From an uncultured beta proteobacterium (lineage in GTDB: Bacteria > Pseudomonadota > Gammaproteobacteria > Burkholderiales > Casimicrobiaceae), in the NCBI GenBank assembly GCA_963828045.1, contig CAWHCM010000002.1:653709-717708 (forward strand): a stretch of DNA of 64,000 nt, given 5' to 3'. Each line of letters starts with the position of its first letter. The first letter of the stretch is position 1. The translations under genes were made by a program, and so were the position numbers. Of this stretch, positions 54,318-64,000 are shown piece after piece. Below the pieces are notes generated by a model that was not told the DNA's origin, did not search any database, and saw only the letters and a list, made by a program, of their open reading frames with translations.

Positions 54318-55562
54318 TCAGGCGAGCGCCTGGCGGAAGTCGGCGATGAGGTCGGCGCCGTCCTCGATGCCGACCGAGATGCGGATCAGCGAATCGGCGA
54401 TGCCCATGCTCGCGCGCCGCTCGGCGCCCATTTCGTAGAAGATCGTGTGCGCGACCGGTATCGCCAGCGTCCGGTTGTCGCCCAGGTTCGACGACAGGAC
54501 GACGACGCGCAAGCGGTTGAGGAAGTCGAACGGGTCGATGCCGTCGCGCAATTCGAAGGAAAAGAGGCCGCCGAAACCGCGGAACAATTCCGCGGCGAGC
54601 TCGTGCTGCGGATGCCCGGCGAGCCCGGGATAGTGGACGGCGCTGACCTGCGGCTGATCGAGCAGCCACTCGGCGAGCGCCTGCGCGTTGGCGCAGATGC
54701 GCTCCATCCGCAGCGCCAGCGTTTCCGCCCCGACGGCGATGTGATGCGCCTGCTCGGCGGCCAGCGTGCCGCCCCAGTCCCGCAAACCCTTCTTGCGCAG
54801 CTGCTGCAGCCCCCACAGATGCGGCGGCTGCGACTTGTACGCGTCCGCGATGTTCGGGAACTTCGTCCAGTCGAAGAGGCCGGTGTCGGTGACGCTGCCC
54901 GCGAGCGCATTGCCGTGGCCGCCGATGTATTTGGTCAGCGCGTTGACAATGAGGCCCGCGCCCACGTGCTTCGGCCGGAAGAGCCAAGGCGACGTCATCG
55001 TGTTGTCGACGATGTACAGGATTCCGCGTGAACGGCAGAGGTCGCCGATTCTCTTCAAGTCCGCCACCTGCGTGCGCGGATTGGCGATCGTCTCGACGAA
55101 CACGACGCGGGTCGCCGGCGTTAGCGCTGCCTCGACGTGGCACACGTCCGTTGCGTCGACGAACGAGACCGGATGACCGTGCGACTCCAGCGTGAGCAAC
55201 GCGCTGTTGGTGTTGCCGAAGATGAACTGGCTCGCGACGATGTGGTCGCCCCCCTTGAGGAGCGCCAGAAGGATCGCGCCGATCGCCGCCATGCCCGTGG
55301 CAAACGTAACGGTTCCCACGCCGTCTTCCATGGCGTTGACCTTGGCCTCGAGCGCGGAAGACGTCGGGTTGCCCTGCCTGCCATAGGAGTAGCCCGCGGC
55401 GCGGCCCTGGAACACCGCAGCGAGCTCGCGCGCGTCGCGATAGCCGTACGCGACCGAAAGGTGCAGCGGCTTGTGCAGCGCGCCGTGCTCAACGGCCGCA
55501 TCTCGGTCAGAATGAAGGATCGCCGTCGTGAATCCGCGCGGTTGCTTTTCTTTGTTACTCAT
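54318..55562 (-). CDS. cystathionine gamma-synthase family PLP enzyme (MetZ-like sulfhydrylase)
   Basis: YGRQGNPT, TGMAA, ETIANP, VDNT, TKYIGGHG and NLGD motifs; SAM riboswitch upstream. Confidence 0.88.
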   Translation of the reverse strand: MSNKEKQPRGFTTAILHSDRDAAVEHGALHKPLHLSVAYGYRDARELAAVFQGRAAGYSYGRQGNPTSSALEAKVNAMEDGVGTVTFATGMAAIGAILLALLKGGDHIVASQFIFGNTNSALLTLESHGHPVSFVDATDVCHVEAALTPATRVVFVETIANPRTQVADLKRIGDLCRSRGILYIVDNTMTSPWLFRPKHVGAGLIVNALTKYIGGHGNALAGSVTDTGLFDWTKFPNIADAYKSQPPHLWGLQQLRKKGLRDWGGTLAAEQAHHIAVGAETLALRMERICANAQALAEWLLDQPQVSAVHYPGLAGHPQHELAAELFRGFGGLFSFELRDGIDPFDFLNRLRVVVLSSNLGDNRTLAIPVAHTIFYEMGAERRASMGIADSLIRISVGIEDGADLIADFRQALA

Positions 55563-55585
55563 GGCTCGGTCGGAGCGCCCTTTCC

Positions 55586-55625
55586 AAAACAAAAAACCCG
55601 TCAGGCGGGCCGCCAAACGGGTTTT
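55586..55625 (-). terminator. intrinsic terminator in the riboswitch leader
   Basis: Minus strand AAAACCCGT-TTGGCGGCCCGCCTG-ACGGGTTTT then TTGTTTT, ending about 23 nt before the ATG. Confidence 0.8.
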
Positions 55626-55674
55626 GTGTGCCCCGCCAGGATTTTGCCTACTGCGTCCCTTGGCTGGAGCGAAC

Positions 55675-55730
55675 CTCGCTTTAGCGGAATTTATTACGCG
55701 CCCGCAAGCTGAAGCTTCAAATCGGCGCAG
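55675..55730 (-). ncRNA. SAM-II riboswitch aptamer
   Basis: GCGCCGATTTG-aagcttcagc-TTGCGGGCGC-gta-ATAAAT-tcc-GCTAAAG matches the SAM-II pseudoknot layout; upstream of a Met biosynthesis gene. Confidence 0.85.
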
Positions 55731-55735
55731 CAAAC

Positions 55736-55764
55736 AGCATACCTCTGCGCGGCCTCGCTGTCAA
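55736..55764 (-). promoter_or_regulatory. sigma70 promoter of the riboswitch transcript
   Basis: TTGACA-17 bp-TATGCT; predicted start site near 55729, at the aptamer 5' end. Confidence 0.8.
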
Positions 55765-55835
55765 TAAATGTAGTATACGGGGCGCGCTCGTCCTCCGGCG
55801 GACGGGGCGTGACAATACATAAATCAAGGAAGTCC

Positions 55836-56699
55836 ATGAAATACCGCTTTGCCGCAATCATCGCACTGTCCATGATCCTGGCTGCAGGTTCCGCGGCGCA
55901 GGACCGGGAACTCGTCTTCGGCGTGACCGAAGGTGTCACGTATCAGGCAACGCCCAAGGAAATCCGGGACAAGTTCACGCCGCTCGCCGAATACATCGGC
56001 AAGGCCACGGGGCGGCGCGTCAAGGTCGTCCTCGTACCGGCGTACAACGACGTGCGCGCCGGCATGGCAAAACAGGCATACGACCTGGTCTTCATCCATC
56101 CCGCGCACGTCGCGATGGCCGAGATCAAGGACGGCCGCTACAAGGCCGTCGCATGGACCAGCGGATTCACGGACTACACTGTCTCCATCCTGATCAACGC
56201 CAACGAGAACCTCAAGTCGCTCGATGACCTCAAGGGCCGCACGCTCGTGACGCCCGATCCCGACTCGATCACCGCGATGATGGTGCGCGCGATGCTGCGC
56301 ACCGGCAAGATGCCCTTCACGACCGCCAAACCGGACGGGGCGAACGCCAAGGAGATGGCCTCCAGCATCCGGATCATCACGACGCGCTATCAGGATGCGG
56401 TGCCGTTCTACATCGAGAACGGCTTTGCGCAGGCGGGCGCCACGGCAGCGCGGTCCGTGATCAAGGCCTGGACCGACAAGGGGGGCAAGGTGCTCGCGCA
56501 GTCGCGCTCGGTCCCGATCAAGCAGCTGCTGGTTGCGAACACGATGCCTGCGGATGAACAGGAGCGCATCCGCGCGGCGCTGCTCTCGATCGGGCAAAGC
56601 AAACCGGGACACGACGCGCTGGATGCGATCGGCTACAAGGGCTTTGTAGCCCCGAACGCCGAGGTCGAATCGTCGACGATCGCCTGGCTCGGGCTGTAG
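55836..56699 (+). CDS. PhnD/SsuA-type substrate-binding protein (orphan)
   Basis: Signal peptide; PLAEYIGKATGRRV, DLVFIHP and SLDDLKGRTL motifs. Confidence 0.8.
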   Translation: MKYRFAAIIALSMILAAGSAAQDRELVFGVTEGVTYQATPKEIRDKFTPLAEYIGKATGRRVKVVLVPAYNDVRAGMAKQAYDLVFIHPAHVAMAEIKDGRYKAVAWTSGFTDYTVSILINANENLKSLDDLKGRTLVTPDPDSITAMMVRAMLRTGKMPFTTAKPDGANAKEMASSIRIITTRYQDAVPFYIENGFAQAGATAARSVIKAWTDKGGKVLAQSRSVPIKQLLVANTMPADEQERIRAALLSIGQSKPGHDALDAIGYKGFVAPNAEVESSTIAWLGL

Positions 56700-56730
56700 G
56701 CACCTTCGCCCGCGTCGCGCAGGCGAGCGT

Positions 56731-58239
56731 CTAGCCCGCCTGCTTCTCCTCTTCCAGCAGGTCCGCCTCCGCCTGGCCGCGCAATTCGTCGCGCTCGAAG
56801 GCCAGCTGCGACAGGTAATCGGCGGTGATGTCGCCGGTGATGTACTTGCCGTCGAAGCACGACGCTTCGAAGTTCACGAGCGCCGGGTTGGCCGCACGCA
56901 CGGCTTCCTTCAGCGCGTCCAGGTCCTGGTAAATGAGAAGGTCGGCGCCGATCTCGCGCGCGATCTCGGCCTCGGTGCGGCCGGTGGCGACCAGTTCGCT
57001 GATGTTCGGCATGTCGATGCCATAGACGTTGGGAAAGCGCACCGGCGGGCTCGCCGACGCGAAGTAGACTTTGCGCGCGCCCGCCTCGCGCGCCATCATC
57101 ACGATCTCGCGCGACGTGGTGCCGCGCACGATCGAATCGTCGACCAGCAGCACGACCTTGTCCTTGAATTCGATGCCGACCGGATTCAGTTTCTGGCGCA
57201 CGCTTTTCTTGCGCATCGCCTGGCCGGGCATGATGAACGTGCGGCCGATGTAGCGGTTCTTGACGAAGCCCTCGCGGTATTTGATGCCGAGCCGGTTCGC
57301 AAGCTCCAGCGCCGACGGCCGGCTCGAGTCGGGAATCGGGATCACGACGTCGATGTCCCGCGCCTCGGGCATGCCGCGGATCTTCTCCGCCAGCGCGCCG
57401 CCCATGTTGAGCCGCGTCTCGTACACCGACGTGCCGTCGATCATCGAATCGGGGCGCGCCAGGTAGACGAACTCGAAGATGCACGGATTGAGCGACGGGT
57501 TGTCCGCGCATTGCCGGGCGTGGAAGGCGCCGGTGTTGTCGACGAAGATCGCCTCGCCTGGGGCCACGTCGCGCAGCACGTGGAAGCCCAACGGCTCGAT
57601 GGCGACCGACTCGGAGGCGACGATGTATTCGGAGCCGCCCATCTGCTCGTTCTTGCCGATGATGAGCGGACGGATGCCGTAGGGGTCGCGGAACGCCAGC
57701 ATCCCGTAACCCGCGATCATCGCGATGACCGCATAGGCGCCCTTGCAGCGCTTGTGCACGCCGGCCACCGCGCGGAAGATCGCATCCGGGTCGAGCCGGT
57801 GATGCTGCGCCGCGCGCTCGAGCTCCAGCGCCAGCACGTTGAGCAGCACTTCGCTGTCGGAATTGGTGTTGACATGGCGAAAGTCGAGCTGGAAGAGCTC
57901 GCGCTTCAGCTCCTCGCTGTTGGTCAGGTTGCCGTTGTGCCCCAGCGTCACGCCGAACGGCGAATTCACGTAGAACGGCTGCGACTCCAGGTCGGAGAAC
58001 GCCGAGCCGGCGGTCGGATACCGGCAGTGGCCGATGCCCGCATAGCCGACGAGGTCGCGCATGTTGCGCGTGCGGAACACGTTCTGGACGAGGCCGGGGC
58101 CCTTGTACATGTGGAAAATCGGGCCTTCGCTCGTGACGATGCCCGCGGCATCCTGCCCGCGATGCTGCAAGAGCAGGAGGCCGTCGTACAGCAGCTGGTT
58201 GACGGCAGTGTGCGCGACGACGCCGACGATTCCGCACAT
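56731..58239 (-). CDS. purF: amidophosphoribosyltransferase
   Basis: MCGIVG, LQHRGQD, HNGNL and [10 protein letters not shown] motifs. Confidence 0.97.
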   Translation of the reverse strand: MCGIVGVVAHTAVNQLLYDGLLLLQHRGQDAAGIVTSEGPIFHMYKGPGLVQNVFRTRNMRDLVGYAGIGHCRYPTAGSAFSDLESQPFYVNSPFGVTLGHNGNLTNSEELKRELFQLDFRHVNTNSDSEVLLNVLALELERAAQHHRLDPDAIFRAVAGVHKRCKGAYAVIAMIAGYGMLAFRDPYGIRPLIIGKNEQMGGSEYIVASESVAIEPLGFHVLRDVAPGEAIFVDNTGAFHARQCADNPSLNPCIFEFVYLARPDSMIDGTSVYETRLNMGGALAEKIRGMPEARDIDVVIPIPDSSRPSALELANRLGIKYREGFVKNRYIGRTFIMPGQAMRKKSVRQKLNPVGIEFKDKVVLLVDDSIVRGTTSREIVMMAREAGARKVYFASASPPVRFPNVYGIDMPNISELVATGRTEAEIAREIGADLLIYQDLDALKEAVRAANPALVNFEASCFDGKYITGDITADYLSQLAFERDELRGQAEADLLEEEKQAG

Positions 58240-58247
58240 GGAGCTTT

Positions 58248-58784
58248 TCAGACCTTTCTGTTCGCCGGGGCAGCGCCTGGCGCGCGGCCCTCGCGGGAAT
58301 AATCGAGTCGCTGGGCCCATTCGGGCGGAAGCCACGGCTTGAGCGACATCGCGGCGACCGCGAGAGGCGGGGCAAGGGCGGCATTCTGCCACCAATCGAG
58401 GCGCGGCAGGGTGGTCAGGCCAGCGACCAGCACAAAGGCCACCACCACAACCACGCCGCGCGCGGCGCCGAATATCGCGCCCAGAAAGCGGTCGACGAAG
58501 CCTAGGCCGGCCCTGCGGATCACGCTGGCCAAGGGCCACGCGATCAGCGCGCCCATTACGAGGCACGCGATGAACACGACGACGAACGCGACCAAATAGC
58601 GAAACACCGGATTGTTTCCGATCTCGGGAAGCATTCCACCGAGCAACGGCGTCAATGCGACCGCGGCGATGAAGCCCAGCACCCACGCGAGCAGCGCGAT
58701 CAATTCGCGCGTCACGCCGCGGAAGAATGCGAACAGCATCGAGAATCCGACCACGGCGATGATGGTCCAGTCGAAGGCGTTCAT
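58248..58784 (-). CDS. cvpA: CvpA family protein
   Basis: RGVTRE and [13 protein letters not shown] motifs; upstream of purF. Confidence 0.9.
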   Translation of the reverse strand: MNAFDWTIIAVVGFSMLFAFFRGVTRELIALLAWVLGFIAAVALTPLLGGMLPEIGNNPVFRYLVAFVVVFIACLVMGALIAWPLASVIRRAGLGFVDRFLGAIFGAARGVVVVVAFVLVAGLTTLPRLDWWQNAALAPPLAVAAMSLKPWLPPEWAQRLDYSREGRAPGAAPANRKV

Positions 58785-58800
58785 CGCAGAGTGCGCAGGC

Positions 58801-59580
58801 CTACTTCGCCGCCGCGACGATGCCGCTGTATCCGTCGCCTTTCAACTTGTCGCGCACGATCGTCGCGTCATCGCGGGTTGGATACGGGCCGACGCGCACG
58901 CGCCACAGCGTGCCCTTGCTCGTCTTCAGAGGCTCCGTATATGCGGGATACAGGGCCTTTTTCAACTTGTTGGCCAGCGCATTGGCGCCCTTGTCGTCGG
59001 CAAACGCCGCGAGCTGCACCGAAAAGCCCTCCCTCGGCGCGTCGGCGGGCGTCGGCGCCGCCTCCGTTGGCGCCGGCGGCGGTGCGGCAGCGGGCGATGC
59101 CGGCGGTGCCGCAGCCGGTGCGGGCGCACCTTTCGTGCCCGACCCCAGCATCTCTTGCTCGGCCTGCGCGATCGATTTGTTCGGCGCGAGACCTTTGCTG
59201 CCCGCGGCGGACGGCACCGACAAGGCAGGCGGTGCGGGCGCGGACGGCGGCGGCGCAGACACCGGTGGCGGTCCCGCTTTCGCCAATTCCTTCGCCGGCT
59301 CCTTCGGCGCTCCCTTTGCCGGCTCTTTGGCCGACTCGCTCTTGGCGGCGTCTTCGCGGGCCGCGGGCTTCGCCCCCTTGTCCGACAGCCGATTGACGAA
59401 TTTGGCGTTGTCCTCCGGCGGAATCTTGACCGACACGTCGTCGCCGAGCGGCTTGGGCTCGTTCTCGAGCAGCATGGGCACGATCACGGCAGCGCCCAAG
59501 GCCAGGACGATCGCGCCAAGCAGGCGGCGCCGCGCGCGGCGGCGCAATTCATCGACATTGATATCGGAGGCTTCGGCCAT
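58801..59580 (-). CDS. dedD: SPOR domain cell division protein
   Basis: RARRRLLGAIVL TM segment, Pro/Ala linker, VQLAAF..RVRVGPY. Confidence 0.85.
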   Translation of the reverse strand: MAEASDINVDELRRRARRRLLGAIVLALGAAVIVPMLLENEPKPLGDDVSVKIPPEDNAKFVNRLSDKGAKPAAREDAAKSESAKEPAKGAPKEPAKELAKAGPPPVSAPPPSAPAPPALSVPSAAGSKGLAPNKSIAQAEQEMLGSGTKGAPAPAAAPPASPAAAPPPAPTEAAPTPADAPREGFSVQLAAFADDKGANALANKLKKALYPAYTEPLKTSKGTLWRVRVGPYPTRDDATIVRDKLKGDGYSGIVAAAK

Positions 59581-59602
59581 CGAGGACATTCGCAGGATTC
59601 GT

Positions 59603-60895
59603 TCAGCGCCGAGTCGCCCCCAGCACGGCGGCGACCGTGAGGAACGAGCCGAAAACTACGATTCTATCAGCCTCCCCCGCGGTTTCCCGCGCTGCCGCGA
59701 ATGCGGCGCCGATGTCAGTGAATGTCCGCACGGCGGATGCATCCACGCCAGACGCCGCGAGCGCTTCTCGCACGACGTCGGCGCCGGCGCCGCGCGAACC
59801 CGGCAGCGCCGCGATGAACCAGCGATCGACGCGCGGATGCACGGCCGCCGCAACGCCCGCAATGTCCTTGTCCGCGTACATGCCCAGCACCGCGAGTGTT
59901 TGGGGGTAGTAACCCATCGCGCCCAACTCGTCGGCCAGCACGGTGGCCGCTTGCGGATTGTGCGCGACGTCGAGCACGATCGTCGGCCGGCCCGGCAATA
60001 CCTGGAAGCGCCCGGGAAGCTCGACCATGAGCAGACCTTCGCGCAACGCGCCGCTGCGCACGGGCAACTGGCCGCGCATGAGATCGAGCACGGCGAGAAC
60101 CGTCGCCGCGTTGTTCAGCTGATACGCACCGCGCAGCGCGGGAAACGGCAGGCCGAAGCGCTCGCCGCCCGGCCCCCAGTACTTCCATTGCGTGCCTTCG
60201 TTCGTGAAACCATAGTCGCGGCCGATCTGGAGAAGAGGCGCGCCGACTTCCCCGGCGTGCGCGAGCACGCTCGCCGGCGGGTGGGGATCGGCGCAGACCG
60301 CGGGACGTCCGGCACGAAACACGCCGGCCTTCTCGCGGCCGATATCCTCGCGCGTCGGTCCCAGGTAATCCGTGTGGTCGATCGCGACGCTCGTGAGCAC
60401 CGCGACGGTAGCGTCGACGACGTTCACAGCGTCGAGCCGGCCGCCCAGACCAACTTCGAGGACCAGCGCATCGAGACCGGCGCGCGCGAAGAGCCACAAC
60501 GCGGCAAGCGTGCCGAATTCGAAATACGTGAGGAGCGTCGGCGCGCCGTCGCGGACCAGGGTTGCGAGCCGCGCATCTTCCACCGCGTTGAAAGCCGCGA
60601 GCAATTGGGCATCGGTGGCGTCGACGCCCTGGATGCGGATCCGTTCGTTGTAGCGCGTCAGATGGGGCGACGTGTACAAGCCCACCGAATAGCCGGCGCA
60701 GCGCAGGATCGACTCGAGCATCGCGCACGTCGAGCCCTTGCCGTTGGTGCCGGTGACGGTCACGACGGGACAGGCGATCGGCGCGTCGAGGTTCGCCCGT
60801 ACCGCGCGCACGCGTTCGAGGCCCATTGCAATGGACTTGGGATGCAGCGTCTCGAGATACGCGAGCCAGGCGTCGACGGTGGCCGGGCGGCTCAT
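59603..60895 (-). CDS. folC: bifunctional folylpolyglutamate/dihydrofolate synthase
   Basis: GTNGKGST, YTSPHL, EVGLGGRLDAVN, DVAHNP and FGSF motifs. Confidence 0.95.
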   Translation of the reverse strand: MSRPATVDAWLAYLETLHPKSIAMGLERVRAVRANLDAPIACPVVTVTGTNGKGSTCAMLESILRCAGYSVGLYTSPHLTRYNERIRIQGVDATDAQLLAAFNAVEDARLATLVRDGAPTLLTYFEFGTLAALWLFARAGLDALVLEVGLGGRLDAVNVVDATVAVLTSVAIDHTDYLGPTREDIGREKAGVFRAGRPAVCADPHPPASVLAHAGEVGAPLLQIGRDYGFTNEGTQWKYWGPGGERFGLPFPALRGAYQLNNAATVLAVLDLMRGQLPVRSGALREGLLMVELPGRFQVLPGRPTIVLDVAHNPQAATVLADELGAMGYYPQTLAVLGMYADKDIAGVAAAVHPRVDRWFIAALPGSRGAGADVVREALAASGVDASAVRTFTDIGAAFAAARETAGEADRIVVFGSFLTVAAVLGATRR

Positions 60896-61006
60896 AGGGT
60901 GTGCACCTTCGCGCTGCGCGCTCCGGCTCATGGGACAACTCGGCCCTTGGGACGGTCCGGCGGGCTCATGGGGTCAGGCGCACGCGCACCCGCCTGAACG
61001 CGGAAA

Positions 61007-61876
61007 TCAGGTCGCCGGCGCGGGCTGGCGCGTGAGCAGCGCCAGGAGATTCGCGAGTTCGTCGCGCAGCTTGCGGCGATCGACGATGAGGTCGAGCGCG
61101 CCCTTCTCCACCAGGAACTCGGCGCGCTGGAATCCTTCCGGAAGCTTCTCGCGGACCGTCTGCTCGATGACGCGCGGGCCGGCGAAGCCGATCAGCGCGC
61201 CCGGTTCGGCGATGACCAGGTCGGCAACGAACGCAAACGACGCCGACACCCCACCCATCGTCGGGTCGGTCAAGAGCGAGATGAAAGGCAGGCGCGCCTT
61301 GGTCAGCTCCTGCAATACCGCCGCGGTCTTGGCCATCTGGAACAGCGAACTGACGCCCTCCTGCATTCGAGCGCCGCCCGATGCGGAAATGCACAGGAAC
61401 GGGACGCGGTTCTCATACGCGACGCGCACGCCGCGGACGAACCGCTCGCCAACGACCGACCCCATCGAACCACCCATGAAATTGAACTCGAACGCCGCCA
61501 GCACGAGGGGCACGCTCTTGATGCTGCCCTGCATGACCACCAGCGCATCCGTCTCGCCGGTTTCTTCCAGCGCGTCGGCCAGGCGCTCCGAATATTTCTT
61601 CTGGTCGCGGAACTTGAGGCTGTCGACCGGCACGACTTCGAGCCCGATCTCGAAGCGACCTTCCGGGTCGAGCAGTTGCTCGATGCGTTCGCGGGCGCCT
61701 ACCCGCGAGTGGTGCGCGCACTTCGGACAGACATAGAGATTCTTCTCGAGGTCGGTGCGATACAGCACGGCCTCGCACGACGGGCACTTGACCCACAGGC
61801 CTTCCGGCACGGGCGTCCGGCGCTCGCCGGGCGCGCTCTTGATGCGCGGTGGTAGGAGCTTTTGCAACCAGCTCAT
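61007..61876 (-). CDS. accD: acetyl-CoA carboxylase carboxyltransferase beta subunit
   Basis: [29 protein letters not shown] and GFAGPRVI motifs. Confidence 0.97.
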   Translation of the reverse strand: MSWLQKLLPPRIKSAPGERRTPVPEGLWVKCPSCEAVLYRTDLEKNLYVCPKCAHHSRVGARERIEQLLDPEGRFEIGLEVVPVDSLKFRDQKKYSERLADALEETGETDALVVMQGSIKSVPLVLAAFEFNFMGGSMGSVVGERFVRGVRVAYENRVPFLCISASGGARMQEGVSSLFQMAKTAAVLQELTKARLPFISLLTDPTMGGVSASFAFVADLVIAEPGALIGFAGPRVIEQTVREKLPEGFQRAEFLVEKGALDLIVDRRKLRDELANLLALLTRQPAPAT

Positions 61877-61945
61877 CGTTGTCGTGCCCCCAAAATTCTG
61901 CCGAAGTGTACTGCAACTGCTGCGGTCTTGCGAAAGCCTTTGGGA

Positions 61946-62764
61946 TCAGGCTGCACGCTTGTCCGGCATGGAGTCGAGCGCCTGCCGTATCCCCTGCAGC
62001 CACGTGCCGGCGCGCGTCGCCGCCAGATCGGGGGGCCCTGCCTCGATCTCCTCGATGATACGCGAGCCGATGACGACGGCGTCCGCGTGCACCGCAATGG
62101 CTCGCGCGCTGGCGGCGTCGCGAATCCCGAAGCCCACGCCTACGGGGAGACCCACCAGCTTGCGGATTTCCACGAGCTTGGCCGCGACATCGGCCGTGTC
62201 CAAGTGGGCCGCGCCCGTCACGCCCTTCAGCGAAACGTAATAGACGTAGCCGCGCGCCACCCGGGCCACGGCGGCGATCCGCGCCTGCGACGTGGTCGGC
62301 GCCAGCAGGAAGATGGGGGCAATGTCGCGAGTTGCCAGCAGCTGCGCGAAATCGGCCGCCTCTTCGGGCGGGTAATCGACGACCAGCACGCCGTCCACTT
62401 GGGCTTCCTTGGCGCGATCGGCGAAGCGTGCGGCGCCCATCGCCTCGATCGGATTCGCGTATCCCATCAGCACGATCGGCGTCGCCGCGTCCTTGGCGCG
62501 AAATTCGCGGACGAGGTCGAGGACGTCGCCCAATCCCACGCCTCGCGCCAGCGCGCGCTCGCCCGCGCGCTGGACGACCGGACCATCGGCCATCGGGTCG
62601 GAAAACGGGACGCCCAGTTCGATCACGTCGGCGCCCGCTGCGACCAGCGCGTCCATGATCGCGCGCGTTGCACGGAGCGACGGGTCGCCGGTGGTGACGT
62701 ACGGAATCAGCGCCGTGCGCCCCGCGGCCTTGAGCCGTGCGAAGGTTTCGTCGATGCGATTCAA
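61946..62764 (-). CDS. trpA: tryptophan synthase alpha chain
   Basis: [19 protein letters not shown] and VGFGI motifs; TTG start overlapping the trpB stop. Confidence 0.95.
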   Translation of the reverse strand: MNRIDETFARLKAAGRTALIPYVTTGDPSLRATRAIMDALVAAGADVIELGVPFSDPMADGPVVQRAGERALARGVGLGDVLDLVREFRAKDAATPIVLMGYANPIEAMGAARFADRAKEAQVDGVLVVDYPPEEAADFAQLLATRDIAPIFLLAPTTSQARIAAVARVARGYVYYVSLKGVTGAAHLDTADVAAKLVEIRKLVGLPVGVGFGIRDAASARAIAVHADAVVIGSRIIEEIEAGPPDLAATRAGTWLQGIRQALDSMPDKRAA

Positions 62765-63978
62765 GTCGGCGTGCCGCCCGCGATCTTGCGCCCTGAACGC
62801 TCGGCAACAGTGCTCATGTCCTTGTCGCCACGCCCCGAGAGGTTGACGAGAAGGATGCTGTCCTTCGGGAGCGTGGGCGCGAGCCGCGTCGCGTAGGCGA
62901 GAGCGTGCGCCGATTCGAGCGCCGGGATGATGCCCTCGATGCGGCAGCATTGGTGGAACGCAGCAAGCGCCGCGTCGTCGTCGACCACTTCGTATTGCGC
63001 GCGGCCGGAATCCTTGAGCCACGCATGCTCGGGACCGACACCGGGATAGTCGAGGCCCGCCGAGACCGAATGCGTCTCGGTGATCTGGCCGTTGGCGTCC
63101 TGCAAGAGATACGTGCGATTGCCGTGCAGCACGCCGGGCCGTCCCGCCGTGAGCGACGCCGCGTGCTTGCCCGAAGCGATGCCCTCGCCGCCGGCCTCGA
63201 CGCCGACGAGGCGCACGTTCTCGTAGGGAATGTACGGATAGAAGATGCCCATCGCATTGCTTCCGCCGCCCACGCAGGCGATGACGACGTCGGGCTGGCG
63301 GCCCGCATATTCGGGCATCTGCACGACGCACTCGTCGCCGATCACGCGCTGGAAATCGCGCACCATCATCGGATACGGATGCGGACCGGCAACGGTGCCG
63401 ATGATGTAAAACGTGTTCTCGATGTTGGTGACCCAGTCGCGCATCGCCTCGTTCAGCGCGTCCTTCAGCGTCTTCGATCCGGATTCGACGGGGACGACCG
63501 TGGCCCCCAGCAGGTTCATTCGGAACACGTTCTGCGCCTGGCGCTTGATGTCCTCCGAGCCCATGTAGACGACACATTCCATGCCGTAACGCGCGGCGAT
63601 GGTCGCCGTGGCAACGCCATGCTGTCCCGCGCCGGTTTCGGCGATGACGCGCGGCTTGCCCATCCGGCGCGCGAGCAGCGCCTGGCCGATCACATTGTTG
63701 ATCTTGTGCGCGCCCGTGTGGTTCAGGTCCTCGCGCTTGAGCCAGATCTGCGCGCCCCCCAATTCTCTCGACCAGCGCTCGGCGTGATATACCGGCGACG
63801 GCCGGCCGACGTAGTGCAGAAGCTCGTGCGCGAACTCGGCGCGAAACGCCGGATCGACGCGGTAGCGCGCGTACTGTTCCGTGAGCTCGTCGAGCGCGCG
63901 GATGAGCGTTTCCGCTACGAATATGCCGCCGTAGGGGCCAAAATGGCCGCGCGCGTCCGGAAGGTCATACATCTGCAT
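62761..63978 (-). CDS. trpB: tryptophan synthase beta chain
   Basis: [28 protein letters not shown] and LSGRGDKD motifs. Confidence 0.97.
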   Translation of the reverse strand: MQMYDLPDARGHFGPYGGIFVAETLIRALDELTEQYARYRVDPAFRAEFAHELLHYVGRPSPVYHAERWSRELGGAQIWLKREDLNHTGAHKINNVIGQALLARRMGKPRVIAETGAGQHGVATATIAARYGMECVVYMGSEDIKRQAQNVFRMNLLGATVVPVESGSKTLKDALNEAMRDWVTNIENTFYIIGTVAGPHPYPMMVRDFQRVIGDECVVQMPEYAGRQPDVVIACVGGGSNAMGIFYPYIPYENVRLVGVEAGGEGIASGKHAASLTAGRPGVLHGNRTYLLQDANGQITETHSVSAGLDYPGVGPEHAWLKDSGRAQYEVVDDDAALAAFHQCCRIEGIIPALESAHALAYATRLAPTLPKDSILLVNLSGRGDKDMSTVAERSGRKIAGGTPT

Positions 63979-64000
63979 CGCGTACTCCCTTGACGAATGC

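Overview
GC-rich betaproteobacterial (Burkholderiales-like) chromosome segment; the taxon is inferred from gene order. 1-15.2 kb and 24.3-29.7 kb form a carbohydrate region: an oxidative pentose-phosphate operon (tal, ROK glucokinase, pgi, a DUF2090 aldolase-like gene, gnd, zwf, pgl, tkt), a HiPIP, a mutarotase, GH63 and debranching glucosidases, and glgP-glgC-glgA. Between those blocks (15.3-24.3 kb) is an uncharacterised envelope operon behind an FNR-type promoter: a YSC84/SYLF protein, an outer-membrane barrel, a DUF3604 PHP-like lipoprotein, a CxxC protein, a PpiC protein and three HupE/UreJ proteins. This is the best candidate for an undescribed system. 29.8-40 kb is an accessory patchwork around tRNA-Arg(UCU) and tRNA-Pro(UGG): trihaem cytochrome c, an RsiV-like protein, a 2-TM K+ channel, OsmC, pirin, an orphan HEPN-like gene, a deleted pseudogene, DUF2092 with a Gly/Asn-rich protein, and a second YSC84 paralog. 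40-64 kb is mostly housekeeping: copA-copZ-csoR with two operators, lysS, prfB (programmed frameshift), iorAB-like genes, nudC, ppiA/B, lpxH, a SAM-II-controlled trans-sulfuration gene, purF-cvpA-dedD-folC-accD-trpA-trpB. Seven single-base insertions break otherwise intact genes and are probably consensus artefacts. I saw no integrase, transposase or CRISPR array. All family assignments come from motif recognition, not database searches.
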